DNA from: an uncultured Pseudomonadota bacterium
Lineage (GTDB): Bacteria; Pseudomonadota; Gammaproteobacteria; Steroidobacterales; Steroidobacteraceae
Assembly (NCBI GenBank): GCA_963718135.1
Contig: CAVQYI010000014.1
Span: 42,962-106,961, forward strand
Direction: 5' to 3'
Length of the DNA stretch: 64,000 bases
The notes under the pieces were generated by a model. That model ran no database searches. It saw only the letters and a list, made by a program, of their open reading frames with translations, and was not told where the DNA came from. Every line of letters starts with the position of its first letter. Positions within the stretch are counted from its first letter, which is position 1. The position numbers were made by a program, and so were the translations under genes. Below are positions 22,727 to 35,758 of this stretch, piece after piece.

Positions 22727-23856
22727 ACCACAGCCGAATCGTGTCGATCATGTTGCGCCACCAACCGCCGACGGCATCGTTCGACAAGGGGTGGAGCGGC
22801 ACGGTCGCGACGGCGTTGGCGCCCGCATAGACGCGCAGCTGGCCGATGTCCGAGCCGGTGCTGAGCGGCGCGATCAATTTCGGCTGGAGTTGGATCGAGG
22901 TCGTCAGGGCCGCGGAGCCGTCGCGCGGCACCGTCACGTACAGGTCGCGCGAGATGCCGACGCCGATCGGCGATTCGGCGGCCTTCCATACGGTCGTCAT
23001 GGCGAGCTTCGCGTGCGCCTTCGCGATCAACTTCGTGTCGTAGAATGTGAACCCGTAGTTCAGCAGCGCGGCGCTCGCGCTCTCGCGTCCCTTGTACTTC
23101 TCGCCGCCGAGAACCACGGAGACGAGGCGCATGCCGTCGCGCAGCGCCGAGGCCACGAGGCAATAGCCGGCCGCCTCGGTGTGACCCGTCTTCAGTCCGT
23201 CGACGGTCTTGTCCGTATCGAGGAGCCCGTTGCGGTTCTGCTGCTTGATGTTGTTGTATTCGAATTCGCGAATTGCGAACCATGGATAATATTGCGGAAA
23301 ATCGCGGATGATCGCCGTCGCGAGCAGCGACAGGTCGCGGGCCGTCGTGTAGTGATCCGGGTCGGGGAGTCCGGTGGCGTCGACGTAGTGCGTGTCGACC
23401 ATTCCGAGCTTTTTCGCGGTCGCGTTCATCATCTGGACGAATGTGTCCTCCGTGCCGGCGACGCGCTCGGCGAGCGCGACGGTCGCATCGTTGCCGGACT
23501 GCACGATCATGCCGAGGATCAGCGATTTCACCGGCACCTGCGTGCCGACTTGAATGAACATGCGCGAGCCGCCCGTTTGCCACGCGTGCTTGCTGACCGT
23601 CACCGGTTCGTCGAGCTTGAGCTTCCCGGCGGCGAGTTCCTCGAAGACGATGTACGCCGTCATCAGCTTGGTCAGGCTCGCGGGCGCCATGCGCTGCCAC
23701 GGCGTTCTGCGCGGCCAAGACCTTGCCGGTGTGATAATCGACCAGAATGTACGCGCGTGCGTCGACGACCGGGGCGCTAGGGATGGGTATGCCGGCGTAA
23801 GCGGTCGTGGTTGCGGCGAGAACGAGTGCGCAGAATGCGAACAAAGAACGAAGCAT
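22719..23856 (-). CDS. dacA: D-alanyl-D-alanine carboxypeptidase (PBP5/6 class). 1 frame break (~23695).
   Basis: The signal peptide MLRSLFAFCALVLAATTTAYA is in the frame of ORF 22681..23910. ASLTKLMT (SxxK), QSGND (SxN) and LKTGHT (KTG) are in ORF 22719..23690. Confidence 0.9.
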
Positions 23857-23922
23857 GGCGGATGGAGCCCTCGATGAGGTGGAGATCAAGTGTAGCGACG
23901 ATGCCGGCACGGAAATAGTTCA

Positions 23923-24851
23923 TTAATTCATCGCCAGATGCGCGTCGGTGAGGCCGATCTTGGCGAGCGCGCCGACGATCCGGTCAAAGTCCTCGACGCT
24001 GCCTACCGGGCCGATGCGCACGCGATACATTTCCCGCCCCGCGACCTCGTCGCCGCGCACGAACGCGTTCGAATAGCCGTTGTCGCGCAGCTTTTTCACC
24101 AAACGTTCGGCGTTCGCGTGAACCGCGAACGCGCCGGCTTGGATGAACAGCGTCGTGACCGCGGCGGGCGACGGCGACACGCCGGACACGGCGGACACGC
24201 CGGACACGGCGGGTGCGCCGGGAACGGCAGCGCGCCGAGGGCGGCGGGCGCGACGGGCATGGCGGCGGTTATCGGCGGCGGCGCGGGCAGGGTGGGGTCC
24301 AAGGCGCGCACCTCCACCATCGCCGTGCCCTTGCGCAGCATGTCGAGCTTGGCGGCCGCGGTATAGGACAGGTCGATGATGCGATTCGCGACGAACGGGC
24401 CGCGGTCGTTGACTCGGACGACGACGCTGCGCCCGTTCTCCAGATTGGTGACGCGCACGTAGCACGGCAGCGGCAGGGTCTTGTGGGCCGCCGTCATCGC
24501 ATACATGTCGTAGGGCTCGTGCGTCGACGTGCGCTCCTCGTAGAAGCCGGGACCATACCAGGACGCAACCCCGCGCTCGTCGTAGCCGGCGCTCGACCGC
24601 AGCACGTAATAGCGTTTGCCGAAAACCTCGTAGAACGGCGGATTGCCGTAGGGTGAGCGCGGCTCGACGCGCGGCACGGCATCCGGAATCGCGAGCACAT
24701 TGCTTGGCGGCGGCGGCACGGCGGCAGGCCGGCAGCAGGCGCCGCCGGCAGCGGCATCGTCGGCCGAATCGGCGCCGTGCCTTGGCAGGCGGCGAGCAGC
24801 GCGGCGCTGGCCGCGAGCAGAGCGCCCGCCCGCAGGGAGAGCGCGCTTCAT
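23923..24851 (-). CDS. rlpA: Septal ring lytic transglycosylase RlpA with a C-terminal SPOR domain. About 3 frame breaks (~24230, ~24715, ~24835).
   Basis: The hand-read lipoprotein signal is MKRAL..LLAACQG. The DPBB core is GVASWYGPGF..RTSTHEPYDMYAMTAAHKTLPLPCYVRVTNLENGRSVVVRVNDRGPF. The SPOR tail is LFIQAGAF..YRVRIGP. Confidence 0.85.
24175..24210. repeat. Perfect 18-bp x2 (9-bp-like x4) tandem repeat inside the rlpA linker
   Basis: The sequence is GACACGCCGGACACGGCG twice. It encodes AVSGVS AVSGVS on the minus strand. Confidence 0.85.
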
Positions 24852-25912
24852 GGGTTCGCGCGCGGAGCGTCGGCCGTGGCTTCGGGCGGCGTCAGGCCGG
24901 CCTGCGTCGGCGCATCGGCGGGCATCCGTTGCCTGATCGCGGCGGCGAGTTCGGCCACGGCCATCGCGTACAGCGGGCTGTGGTTGTAGCGCGTGATCGC
25001 GTAGAAATTGCCGTAACCGACGCGCCAATGCACGCCGTCGGCCTCGTCGGCGGCGATCAGCAGCGCCGGCGCGTCGGCCGCGGGCGCACCGTCGATATGG
25101 ACGCCCTTCGCTTGCAGCGAGGCGACGGTGTCCGACAGCCTCAGGTCGCGGGGGTCGGCCGCCTGGACGCCGTTCGCGGCTACGCCGGCCTCGCTCATGA
25201 CGGGCTCGCCTGTGTTCCAACCGTGTTCCCGCAAGAAGTAGCCGACACTGTCGAATACGTCGGGCCAATCGGTCCACAGATCGACGTGACCGTCGTCCGT
25301 CGCATCGAGCCCGTAGCGCCGATACGTCGAAGGCATGAATTGCGGCGCTCCCATCGCCCCCGCGTACGAGCCCGTCGCCGTCAGCGGGTCGATGCCGAAA
25401 GTCGCGCGTCAACAGTAGGAATTGTTCCAGTTCGCTGCGAAAGTACTTCGCACGGGCCGGGTAGTCGAACGCCAGCGTCGCGAGCGCATCGAGCACGCGG
25501 TATTGGCCCGTACGCCGGCCGTAATAGGTCTCGACGCCGAGGATCGCGACCACGTATTCCGGCGCGACGCCCGTACTCTCGCTCGACGATGCGAGTTCGC
25601 GCCGGTGGGCGATCCAGAAATCGACGCCTTCCTGAATGCGCTTTTCGTTCAGGAAAATGCTCGCGGTACCGGTACCACGGCAAGGTCTTTTCCGCGGGCT
25701 TGTCCATCGCATCGATGATCGCCTGTTGACTGCGCGCCGCGGCCAGACAGCTTGCGCAGTTTGCGCTCGTCGAACGAGTCGTGATCGCCCATGTAGGCGA
25801 TGAACTGCCTGATGTCCGCGCGGTGGGTGTCGAACGCCGCCGCGGGCGCGCAACCGGCCGCGATCAGGCAGGCGAGGAGGAACGGGCGGCGGAGACGCGG
25901 CGGGGCGTGCAC
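24848..25912 (-). CDS. mltB: Lytic murein transglycosylase B. About 4 frame breaks between 25355 and 25750.
   Basis: The lipoprotein-type N-terminus VHAPPRLRRPFLLACLIAAGCA is at the tail of ORF 25649..26653. AILGVETYYGR is in the frame of ORF 24096..25928. GAPQFMPSTYRRYG is in ORF 24848..25354. The stop overlaps the rlpA ATG. Confidence 0.82.
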
Positions 25913-25917
25913 GGTTG

Positions 25918-27057
25918 TTACGATCCAACGAGTTTGCGGTGCGAATGCAGCGACATGAGAATGCCGAATCCCGCCATGATTGTCACCATCGACGTGCCGC
26001 CGTAGCTGATCAGCGGCAGCGGCACGCCAACGACCGGCAGGATGCCGCTGACCATGCCTGAATTCACGAATACGTAGACGAAGAAGCTGAGCGCGATCGC
26101 GCCGCCGGTCAGCCGCGAAAACGTGTCCTGACCCTGCATCGCGAGGTAGATGGCGCGCCCGATCACGAGGCCGTACAGCGTCAGGATCAGCAACTGGCCG
26201 AGCAGGCCGAATTCCTCGCCGATGACCGAAAAGATGAAATCCGTGGAGCGCTCCGGCAGGAAATCGAGCTGCGCCTGGCTGCCGTGCATGTAGCCCTTGC
26301 CGAACACGCCGCCCGAGCCGATCGCGATCTGGGACTGGATGATGTGATAGCCGGCGCCGAGGCGGTCGCTTTCCGGGTTCAAGAACATCAGCAGCCGCTG
26401 GCGCTGGTAATCGTGCATGAAATGCCAAGCGGTCCACGCGGCCGCGCCGAGCAGCGGGATCGACAGCAGGATGATTTGCACCTGCAGTCCCGCGAGCAGC
26501 ATCACGATCAATCCCGAGGCGGCGATCAGCAAGGCGGTGCCGAGATCCGGCTGGACGACGACCATCGCGGTCGGAATGCCGATGAACACCGCCATGACCA
26601 GGAGATCCTTGAAAGTCGGCGGCAGCGGGCGCTCGTGCATGTACCAGGCGCAAATCATCGGCACCGCGAGCTTCATGATCTCCGACGGCTGGAACCGCAT
26701 GAAGCCGATGTCGAGCCAGCGTTGCGCGCCCTTGCCGACATGACCCGTGACGTCGACGACGACCAGGAGGAGCACGCCGAGGATGTAGGCAAACGGGGCG
26801 AACAGGCGCAGGTAATGCGGTGTCGAGAACCTGGCGAGCACGATCAGCGCGGTCACGGCGATCGCGATGTTGCCGAGATGGTGCTCGACCATTTTGACGT
26901 TCTGGCCGGACGCGCTGTAGACGACCAGGATGCCGATACAGACGATGATCGACAGTACGCCGGTCAAGGGCCCGTCGAGCCCCAGCCCGCGCAGCGTGCG
27001 GCCGCCCGCGGTCAGCGTGCGGCGGGCGCGCGACGGCGAGAGTTCGTCGAAAATCAT
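25918..27057 (-). CDS. rodA: Peptidoglycan glycosyltransferase RodA (SEDS family), intact
   Basis: 379 aa, polytopic, with QPSEIMKL, GSGGVFGKG and PLPLISYGGTSM. Confidence 0.94.
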   Translation of the reverse strand: MIFDELSPSRARRTLTAGGRTLRGLGLDGPLTGVLSIIVCIGILVVYSASGQNVKMVEHHLGNIAIAVTALIVLARFSTPHYLRLFAPFAYILGVLLLVVVDVTGHVGKGAQRWLDIGFMRFQPSEIMKLAVPMICAWYMHERPLPPTFKDLLVMAVFIGIPTAMVVVQPDLGTALLIAASGLIVMLLAGLQVQIILLSIPLLGAAAWTAWHFMHDYQRQRLLMFLNPESDRLGAGYHIIQSQIAIGSGGVFGKGYMHGSQAQLDFLPERSTDFIFSVIGEEFGLLGQLLILTLYGLVIGRAIYLAMQGQDTFSRLTGGAIALSFFVYVFVNSGMVSGILPVVGVPLPLISYGGTSMVTIMAGFGILMSLHSHRKLVGS

Positions 27058-28983
27058 CGAGCCTTGCCCGTCATTGGTTTGTTCTCCGGTGCAGCCGCCT
27101 TGTTCGGCAATAGATACGCATCGAACACCTTGCGCGCGATCGGGCCGCCGATCGTGCCGCCATGCTCGCCGTTTTCGACAAATACGGCGACCGCAAGTTG
27201 CGGATGATCCACGGGCGCGAACGCGATCAGCAGGCCGTGGTCGCGCATGCGTTCGGCGATCTGCTTGTCGTTGTATTTCTGGTTCTGGCCGAGCGAAAAC
27301 ACCTGGGCCGTGCCGGTTTTCGCGGCCACCCGATAGGGCGCACCGGCCCCGATGGTCGCGACCGTGCCGCCGGGGGCCGCGGCGGCCTCCATGCCGTCAT
27401 CGACCACCTGCCACTGGTCGGGCGTCACGTCCGTCACGCCGGGCTCCGGCTTGACGGGCAGCCGGGTCACCTTGGAGGATCCCGGCGGCCGAATGCCGAC
27501 GACCAAACGCGGCACGAATTCACGCCCGCGCGCGGCGATGCCGGCGACCGCATGCGCGAGCTGCAGCGGCGTCGCGAGCATGTAGCCCTGTCCGATGCCG
27601 ACGATCAGCGTCTCGCCCGGGAACCACACCCGGTCGGCGGGATTCTTGTAGGCGTGCCGTTTCCACTCGGGGGACGGCATCAAGCCCGGTTTTTCGCCGG
27701 GTATGTCGATGCCGGTCAGGCGTCCGAAGCCGAATTGGCTCATGAACGTATGCATGCGCTCGATGCCGAGCTTGTTGGCGACTTGATAGAAATACACGTC
27801 GCAGGATTGGGCGATTGCGCGCCGCATCGAGATCTCGCCGTGGCCCTGGTGCCGCCAGCAGCGATAGACGTGCCGGCTGCCCGGCAGGCTGTAGTGGCCC
27901 GGGCAAAAAAGCGTCTCGTCCGGCGTCATCACGCCGTAGTGCAGCGCCGCGAGCGCGTAATATGGCTTGACCGTGGAGCCCGGCGGATAGGCGCCGCGCA
28001 GCGCGCGGTCGATCAACGGCTTGTCGATGTCGTCCTGCAGGTCCGCATACTGCTTGTTCGTCAAGCCGCGTGCGAATTCGTTCGGATCGAAGTCCGGCGT
28101 GCTCGCGAGCGCGATCACGTCTCCGCTCGTCGGGTCGATCGCGACGACGGCGCCGCGCAGGCCCTTCAGGCCTTCCTCGGCGGCGCGCTGTACGCGTATA
28201 TCCAGGCTCAAGACGAGATCGGAGCCGGCGACCGGCTGGCGCACGGTGAGCCGCGGCTTGTAGGCGCCTTCCTTCTCGACCGGCCGGCCGGCCGCGTTGA
28301 CGAGCACTTCGCGGAATCCCGGCGTGCCGTGCAGCACTTTTTCGTACGCGGCCTCGACGCCCAGTTTGCCGATCAGCGTCGTTCCGGCGTACGCGGCGGC
28401 GTCGATGTGGCTCAGGTCCTGCGCGCTGATCGCGGCGACGTAGCCCAAGGCATGCACCGCGAGCGGACCGAAGGGATAATGGCGCGACAGCCGCGTGTGA
28501 ATGTCGATGCCCCGGAACTGGAAGCGGTGCACGGCGAACAGCGCCATTTCCTCGTCGGTGAGCTGGAGCTTGATCGGCACGCTCTCGTAGACGTGGTGCG
28601 ACATGATGTTGCGCTTGATGCTGGGGATGTCGTCCTCGTCCAACAAGCCGATCGACACGAGACGCGCGAGACTGTCATCCACCTGTTTGCCGGGAGCCGA
28701 CCTGCTCGCGCACGAGTTCGAGCTGATAGGCCGGCTTGTTGTCGGCGAGCACGACGCCGTTGCGGTCGAGAATGAGCCCGCGGCTCGGCGGGATCGGCTC
28801 GATGCGCACGCGATTGCCCTGCGAAAGCTCGGAGTAATAGTTGTAGCGCAGGACTTGCAGGTAGAACAGGCGTGCGGCGACGGTCAGCAGGAGCGCGGCG
28901 ACGATCGCTCCGGCGATGATGCTGCGGACCGTGAAGATGCGTCTTTCGCCCCAATGGTCCTTGATGCGTACGCGGCGGACCAA
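27054..28983 (-). CDS. mrdA: Penicillin-binding protein 2 (elongasome transpeptidase). 1 frame break (~28680).
   Basis: The N-terminal TM segment plus RGLILDRNGVVLA is in ORF 28675..28983. The body is ORF 27054..28682, with the SxxK motif inside YPPGSTVKP, and AKTGTAQV (KTG). Confidence 0.9.
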
Positions 28984-29003
28984 TCTAGCCGGCTCCGGCG
29001 CCG

Positions 29004-29484
29004 TCAGCGCTCATGCAGGCGGCTCAAGATGTCGGCCAGCAACGGCCAGATCAAAGCGCCGACGACGGGCGCGAGCCAGCGGCCCATCGATGTCACGGGG
29101 TAACCGGTCGCGCCGTCGACCCAGAACAGGACGAATTGGTAGCCGGCGAGCAGCGCGAATATCGTCAACGATTGGTGCAGCATCGAGAACACGCGCAGCC
29201 GCAGCCGCAGATGCGTCGCCCAGGCGGCCATCAAGGTGAGCGCCAGCGCGTGTTCGCCGAGGACGACGCCCTTGATGATGTCGAGCGCGAGCCCCGCGGC
29301 GAACGCGAGCGTGAGGCCGCCGGCGCGCGGCGCCATGATCGACCAGTAGAAGACCACCAGATACCAGGAAATCCGGGCGCAGCGCATCGATGACGTCGGG
29401 CAAGGGGACGATCGCGAGCGTCAATGCGATCAGCGCCGACAGCAGCACGGGGGTGCGGTTCAACCGGTTGTCGCGCATTTTCAA
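29004..29484 (-). CDS. mreD: Rod shape-determining protein MreD. 1 frame break (~29385).
   Basis: The two hydrophobic pieces are ORF 29011..29484 (N-terminus) and ORF 29004..29387. The gene lies between mreC and mrdA. Confidence 0.8.
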
Positions 29485-30409
29485 GGACTCCGCGGCGGCG
29501 CCGGCTGCGGCGCGGGCGCCGCCGACGGCGGCGGGGGCGGGGCGGCGCCGGGGCCGCCGGGAGCTTCGCGGGCGCGGGCTTCAGCCAGACGAACAGCAAC
29601 TCGCGCGACCGGTCGAGCGCCGCGGCGGGCTTCACGTCGACGTCGGCGAGCGATTGCGACGGATCCCGCTTGACGTCGACGACGGTGCCGACCGGGTAGC
29701 CTTCGGGGAACACCCCGCCGAGTCCCGAGGTCACGAGCAGGTCGCCTTTGACGACGTCGGCGCTCGTCGGCAAATACGGCAATTTGAGCCGGCGCGGGTC
29801 GCCGCTGCCCACGGCGATCGTGCGCAAGCCGTTGCGATTGACCATGACCGGGATCTCGTGCGTCGCGTCGCTGATCAGGATGATGTCGCTGGTCCGTTGG
29901 TTGACGCTTGCGACCTGGCCGAAGACGCCGCTCGCATCGAGCACCGCCTGGCCGACGTAGATGCCGTCGTCCGCGCCTTTGTCCACGAGCACGCGCTCGC
30001 GAAACGCGTCGAGATCGACATCCATGATGTCGCCGACGATGAATTTCGCGCTGACGCCCGCGGTACTCGCGTGCAGGTTGCGCAAGCGCCGGTTTTCCGC
30101 CTCCAGCGCAGCGTACCGTTGCAGCTTGAAGCGGGCATCGAGCAGTTCCCGCTGCAGCCGCGAATTGTCGGTCCGCAGCGTGTCGCGGGTCGTGACGCTC
30201 GCTCGCAGCCAGCTCCAGCCTTCGAACGGACTCGTCACGGCGAGATCGATCGGGTAGACGACGATCGAGAGCGCCCGCCGGATCCTGCCGAGCTGATCGT
30301 AGCGCTTGTCGAGCACGATCAGGCCCAGCGCGAGCAGCGAGAACAGCACGCAGCGGAGCAACAGCCCCGAGGTGCGGCCTGATGTGTCGTGGCTACGAAA
30401 CGCGACCAT
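29481..30409 (-). CDS. mreC: Rod shape-determining protein MreC. 1 frame break in the Pro/Ala-rich tail (~29540).
   Basis: The coiled-coil N-terminus is LRTDNSRLQRELLDARFKLQRYAALEAENRRL, followed by GIYVGQAVL and LLVTSGLGGVFPEGYPVG. The likely TGA at 29481-29483 overlaps the mreD TTG. Confidence 0.88.
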
Positions 30410-30436
30410 GGGCGGCGGATTCCCTAGTCGCTTGCA

Positions 30437-31522
<1,086 letters not shown>

Positions 31523-31616
31523 CTAATGTAGCAACCGCTAGGACTTTCAGCAAGGCGACGTGTATGATTCCAAGAGCTTATTTTTGTGCGTTTGCGGCGC
31601 ACTCCAGGCATCCCCT

Positions 31617-31907
31617 ATGAGCCTTACTCGGCAAGACGTCGAAAAGATAGCGCACTTGGCGCGCCTCGCGATTTCGGATCGAGAGATGCCGGCTTACGTC
31701 GCGAGCCTGTCCTGCATCGTCGACTTCGTCGACCAGTTGTCCAGAGCCGATACCGGCGCCGTCCAGCCGATGGCGCATCCGCTCGCCGGGCAAACCCAAC
31801 GTCTGCGGCCGGACGAAGTGACCGAGACCGACTGCCGCGAGAAATACCAGGCGAATGCGCCGGCGGTGCAGGCGGGCCTGTATCTCGTGCCGCGGGTCAT
31901 CGAATAA
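31617..31907 (+). CDS. gatC: Glu/Asp-tRNA amidotransferase subunit C
   Basis: Contains MSLTRQDVEKIAHLARLAI..LRPDEV.. upstream of gatA. Confidence 0.9.
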   Translation: MSLTRQDVEKIAHLARLAISDREMPAYVASLSCIVDFVDQLSRADTGAVQPMAHPLAGQTQRLRPDEVTETDCREKYQANAPAVQAGLYLVPRVIE

Positions 31908-31928
31908 CGGTTTAGACCTCCTGTAGAA

Positions 31929-33389
31929 GTGACGATGCTGCACACCCGTACCATCGGCGAACTCGCCGATTCCCTCGAACGGCGCGAAATCTCCAGCGTC
32001 GAATTGACGCGCCACTTCCTCGCGCGGATCGAGCGCTTCGATCCCTCGTTGAACGCGCTGATCACCCCGACACCGGAGCGGGCGCTCGCCGAGGCGGCTG
32101 TCGCCGATCAGCGACGGTCCGCGGGCGAGCGTGGACCGCTGCTCGGGATCCCGCTCATCCACAAGGACATTTTCTGCACCGACGGCGTGCGCACGAGCTG
32201 CGGCTCGCGCATGCTCGATAATTTCGTCGCGCCTTACGACGCGACGGTCGTCGCCCGTTTGAAGGCGGCGGGCGCCGTGATGATGGGCAAGGCCAACATG
32301 GACGAGTTTGCGATGGGCTCGTCCAATGAGACCAGCCATTACGGCGCGGTCAAGAATCCGTGGGACGAGGCCAAGGTGCCCGGCGGCTCCTCCGGCGGGT
32401 CGGCGGCGGCGGTCGCCGCACGGCTCGCCCCGTTCGCGACCGGCACCGACACGGGCGGCTCCATCCGTCAGCCGGCGGCGCTCACCGGCGTGACCGGCAT
32501 CAAGCCGACGTATGGCCGGGTTTCGCGTTACGGCATGATCGCGTTCGCGTCGAGCCTCGACCAGGCCGGTGTGTTCGCGCCTTCGGCCGCGGACGCCGCG
32601 ATCGTCATGCGCGCGATGTCCGGGTTCGACCCGCGGGACTCGACGAGCGTCGACAAGCCGGTGCCCGATTATCCGGCCGAACTGAACGCTCCGCTCAAAG
32701 GCCTGAAGATCGGCTTGCTCAAGGAGTTCTTCGACGGACTCGAGGGGCGCAACGGCGCGCTGATCGGCGCCGCGCTCGACGTGTTCCGGTCGCTCGGCGC
32801 GCAAACCGCGGATGTGAGCCTGCCGAGCCTGCCGCTGTCCGTGCCGACGTATTACGTCGTCGCACCCGCGGAATGCTCCTCGAATCTCTCGCGATTCGAC
32901 GGCGTGCGCTTCGGCTACCGCTGCGAGCGCCCGAGCGACCTCTTGGACCTGTACAAGCGGTCGCGCGGCGAAGGATTCGGCGCCGAAGTGAAGCGGCGCA
33001 TCATGACGGGTACCTACGTGCTGTCGGCCGGTTATTTCGATGCGTATTACCTGAAGGCGCAGAAGGCGCGGCAGTTGATCACCGACGAATTTCGCGCGGC
33101 GTTCGAGCGCGTCGACCTCTTGCTCGGCCCGACGACGCCGACCCCGGCGTTCGGCATCGGCGCGAAGATCGACGATCCGGTGACGATGTACCTGAACGAC
33201 ATCTACACGATCGGCGCAAATCTCGCGGGCTTGCCGGCGCTGTCGGCGCCGTGCGGCTTCATCGACGATCTGCCGATGGGCGTGCAGCTGATCGGGCCGC
33301 ATTTTGCCGAAGCGCGGTTGTTGAACGCCGCGCATCGATTCCAACTCGCGACGGACTGGCACACGCGCATTCCGCGGGGTTACGCATGA
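31929..33389 (+). CDS. gatA: Glu/Asp-tRNA amidotransferase subunit A, intact
   Basis: The amidase signature is [25 protein letters not shown]. 486 aa. Confidence 0.96.
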   Translation: MTMLHTRTIGELADSLERREISSVELTRHFLARIERFDPSLNALITPTPERALAEAAVADQRRSAGERGPLLGIPLIHKDIFCTDGVRTSCGSRMLDNFVAPYDATVVARLKAAGAVMMGKANMDEFAMGSSNETSHYGAVKNPWDEAKVPGGSSGGSAAAVAARLAPFATGTDTGGSIRQPAALTGVTGIKPTYGRVSRYGMIAFASSLDQAGVFAPSAADAAIVMRAMSGFDPRDSTSVDKPVPDYPAELNAPLKGLKIGLLKEFFDGLEGRNGALIGAALDVFRSLGAQTADVSLPSLPLSVPTYYVVAPAECSSNLSRFDGVRFGYRCERPSDLLDLYKRSRGEGFGAEVKRRIMTGTYVLSAGYFDAYYLKAQKARQLITDEFRAAFERVDLLLGPTTPTPAFGIGAKIDDPVTMYLNDIYTIGANLAGLPALSAPCGFIDDLPMGVQLIGPHFAEARLLNAAHRFQLATDWHTRIPRGYA

Positions 33390-34837
33390 TGCAGGACTGG
33401 GAGGTCGTCGTCGGGCTCGAGATACACGCGCAGCTCGCGACGAAGTCGAAGATATTCTCCGGCGCCGCGACCGCGTACGGCGCGCCGCCCAACAGCCAGG
33501 CATGTCTCGTCGATCTCGCTTATCCCGGCGTATTGCCGGTCCTGAACGCGGAAGCCGTGCGCATGGCGGTGAAGTTCGGGCTGGGGATCGGCGCGAAGAT
33601 CGCGAACCGCTCGATTTTCGCGCGCAAGAATTATTTCTATCCGGATCTGCCCAAGGGCTATCAGATCAGCCAATACGAGGAGCCCGTCGTCGGCCGTGGA
33701 TCGCTGCAGATCGTGCTCGACGACGGCACGACGAAGACGATCGGCGTCACGCGCGCGCATCTCGAGGAGGACGCCGGCAAGTCGCTGCACGAGGGATTGG
33801 CGGACGCGAGCGGCATCGACCTGAACCGCGCGGGCACGCCGCTCCTCGAAATCGTCTCGGAGCCGGACATGCGCTCGGCAAAAGAGGCGGTCGCGTACAT
33901 GAAGAAGATCCACACGCTGGTGCGCTACCTGGAGATCTGCGACGGCAACATGCAGGAAGGCTCGTTCCGCTGCGACGCGAACGTCTCCGTGCGGCCGCGC
34001 GGCCAGGAGAAATTCGGCACGCGCGCCGAGATCAAGAACTTGAATTCGTTCCGCTTCGTCGAGAAAGCGATCCATTACGAGGTCGCGCGTCAGATCGAGT
34101 TGATCGAGAGCGGCGGCAAGGTCGTCCAGGAGACGCGTCTCTACGATTCCGACAAGGACGAGACGCGGTCGATGCGCTCCAAGGAGGAGGCGAACGACTA
34201 CCGCTACTTCCCGGATCCGGACCTGTTGCCGCTCGAGATCGACGCGGCGTTCATCGACTCGGTCCGCGCGAGCCTGCCGGAATTGCCGGACGAAAAGGCG
34301 GCGCGCTTCGCCGCGCAATTCCGCCTGTCGCCGTACGACGCCGGCGTGCTGTCCGCGAGCCGCGAACTCGGCGCGTACTTCGAGTCCGTCGTTTCCCTGG
34401 CCGGGGCCGAGCACGCGAAGCTCGCGGCGAACTGGGTCATGGGCGAGCTCGCGAGCGCGCTGAACCGCGACAATCTGGAGATCGGTGAGTCGCGCGTGGC
34501 GCCCAAGGCGCTGGCGGGGCTGTTGGCGCGCATCGTCGACGAAACGATCTCGGGGAAGATCGCGAAGGAAGTATTCGAGGCGATGTGGTCCGAGGGGCTT
34601 GGCGCCGACGAGATCATCGACGCGAAGGGATTGCGGCAGATCACCGACGCGGGCGCGATCGGCGCGGTCATCGACGCCGTGATCGCCGCGAACCCGAGGC
34701 AGCTCGCCGATTACCGCGCCGGCAAGGACAAGCTGTTCGGCTTCTTCGTCGGACAGGTCATGAAGGCGACGCAGGGAAAGGCGAACCCGGCGCAGCTCAA
34801 CGAACTGCTGAAGGCCAAGCTCAGCGGCGGGCCTTGA
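33386..34837 (+). CDS. gatB: Glu/Asp-tRNA amidotransferase subunit B, intact
   Basis: Contains [30 protein letters not shown] and HLEEDAGK. The ATG at 33386 overlaps the gatA stop. Confidence 0.96.
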   Translation: MMQDWEVVVGLEIHAQLATKSKIFSGAATAYGAPPNSQACLVDLAYPGVLPVLNAEAVRMAVKFGLGIGAKIANRSIFARKNYFYPDLPKGYQISQYEEPVVGRGSLQIVLDDGTTKTIGVTRAHLEEDAGKSLHEGLADASGIDLNRAGTPLLEIVSEPDMRSAKEAVAYMKKIHTLVRYLEICDGNMQEGSFRCDANVSVRPRGQEKFGTRAEIKNLNSFRFVEKAIHYEVARQIELIESGGKVVQETRLYDSDKDETRSMRSKEEANDYRYFPDPDLLPLEIDAAFIDSVRASLPELPDEKAARFAAQFRLSPYDAGVLSASRELGAYFESVVSLAGAEHAKLAANWVMGELASALNRDNLEIGESRVAPKALAGLLARIVDETISGKIAKEVFEAMWSEGLGADEIIDAKGLRQITDAGAIGAVIDAVIAANPRQLADYRAGKDKLFGFFVGQVMKATQGKANPAQLNELLKAKLSGGP

Positions 34838-34840
34838 GGG

Positions 34841-35731
34841 ATGCACGACAAAGACTGTCTGCATCGGTTCGTGTTCGAGCGATACCCCATCCGGGGACAG
34901 CTGGTGCACGTCGACGCCGCGTGGCGCGCGCTGACCGAGCGGCGCGAATATCCGGAGGCGATCCGCGACACGCTCGGCGAAGCCGTCGCCGCGGCGCTGC
35001 TGCTCGCGGGGACGATCAAGTTCGACGGCGTGCTGTCCTTGCAGCTGCAGGGCGCGGGACCGGCGCACCTCGTGCTCGCGCAATGCACGAGCGGGCTCGG
35101 CGTCCGCGGTCTCGTGCGCTATCGCGAGAGCGCCGAGGCGTGCGGCATCGCGGATTTGGTGGGGCCGGGCAACCTCACCGTCACGCTGGAGAGCGACGAC
35201 CAGAGCCGCCGCTACCAGGGCGTCGTGCCGCTGACCGGGCTGCGGCTCGCCGAATCGCTGCAACAGTACTTCGAGAAATCAGAGCAGCTGCCGACCCGCT
35301 TGTGGCTGCACGCGGATGCGGACGGGGCTTCGGGAATGCTGCTGCAGAGATTGCCGAGCGACGACGGCGCGCCCGGCCAAGATCCCGGCGCCGTCGAGGA
35401 TGCGTGGCGGCGCGTCCAGTTGATCGGCGAAACCTTGACCGGGCGCGAGCTCAGCACGCTCGCGGATACGGAGATTCTGCACCGTTTGTTTCACGAGGAC
35501 GATCTGCGCCTGTTCGAACCGTCGCCCGTATATTTTCGCTGCCGCTGTTCGCGCGAGCGCGTCGCCGGCATGCTGCAGGGGCTGGGCGAGGAGGAGACGC
35601 GCGCCGTGCTCGCGGAACGCGGCGTCGTCGAGGTTCGCTGCGACTTTTGCAACAAGGCGTACGAGTTCGACGCGGTCGACGTCGAGCGGCTGTTCAGGAT
35701 CACGGCGGGCGGCGGCAGCTCGATTCACTGA
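34841..35731 (+). CDS. hslO: Redox-regulated chaperone Hsp33
   Basis: The C-terminal zinc-centre motifs are FRCRCSRERV and VRCDFCNKAY. 296 aa. Confidence 0.9.
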   Translation: MHDKDCLHRFVFERYPIRGQLVHVDAAWRALTERREYPEAIRDTLGEAVAAALLLAGTIKFDGVLSLQLQGAGPAHLVLAQCTSGLGVRGLVRYRESAEACGIADLVGPGNLTVTLESDDQSRRYQGVVPLTGLRLAESLQQYFEKSEQLPTRLWLHADADGASGMLLQRLPSDDGAPGQDPGAVEDAWRRVQLIGETLTGRELSTLADTEILHRLFHEDDLRLFEPSPVYFRCRCSRERVAGMLQGLGEEETRAVLAERGVVEVRCDFCNKAYEFDAVDVERLFRITAGGGSSIH

Positions 35732-35758
35732 CGCGCGTCCGCGGATCGCGGCGCAGCG

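Noticed and set aside
24143-24260. Short tandem repeats as a possible CRISPR or minisatellite array.
   Set aside because: There are only two 18-bp units with no spacers, and they lie inside the rlpA coding linker. No CRISPR-like repeat-spacer structure was seen anywhere in the window.
35732-35758. A bidirectional terminator between hslO and metR.
   Set aside because: There is only a 5-bp stem (CCGCG/CGCGG) with a 3-nt loop and no U-tract. This is too weak to call.
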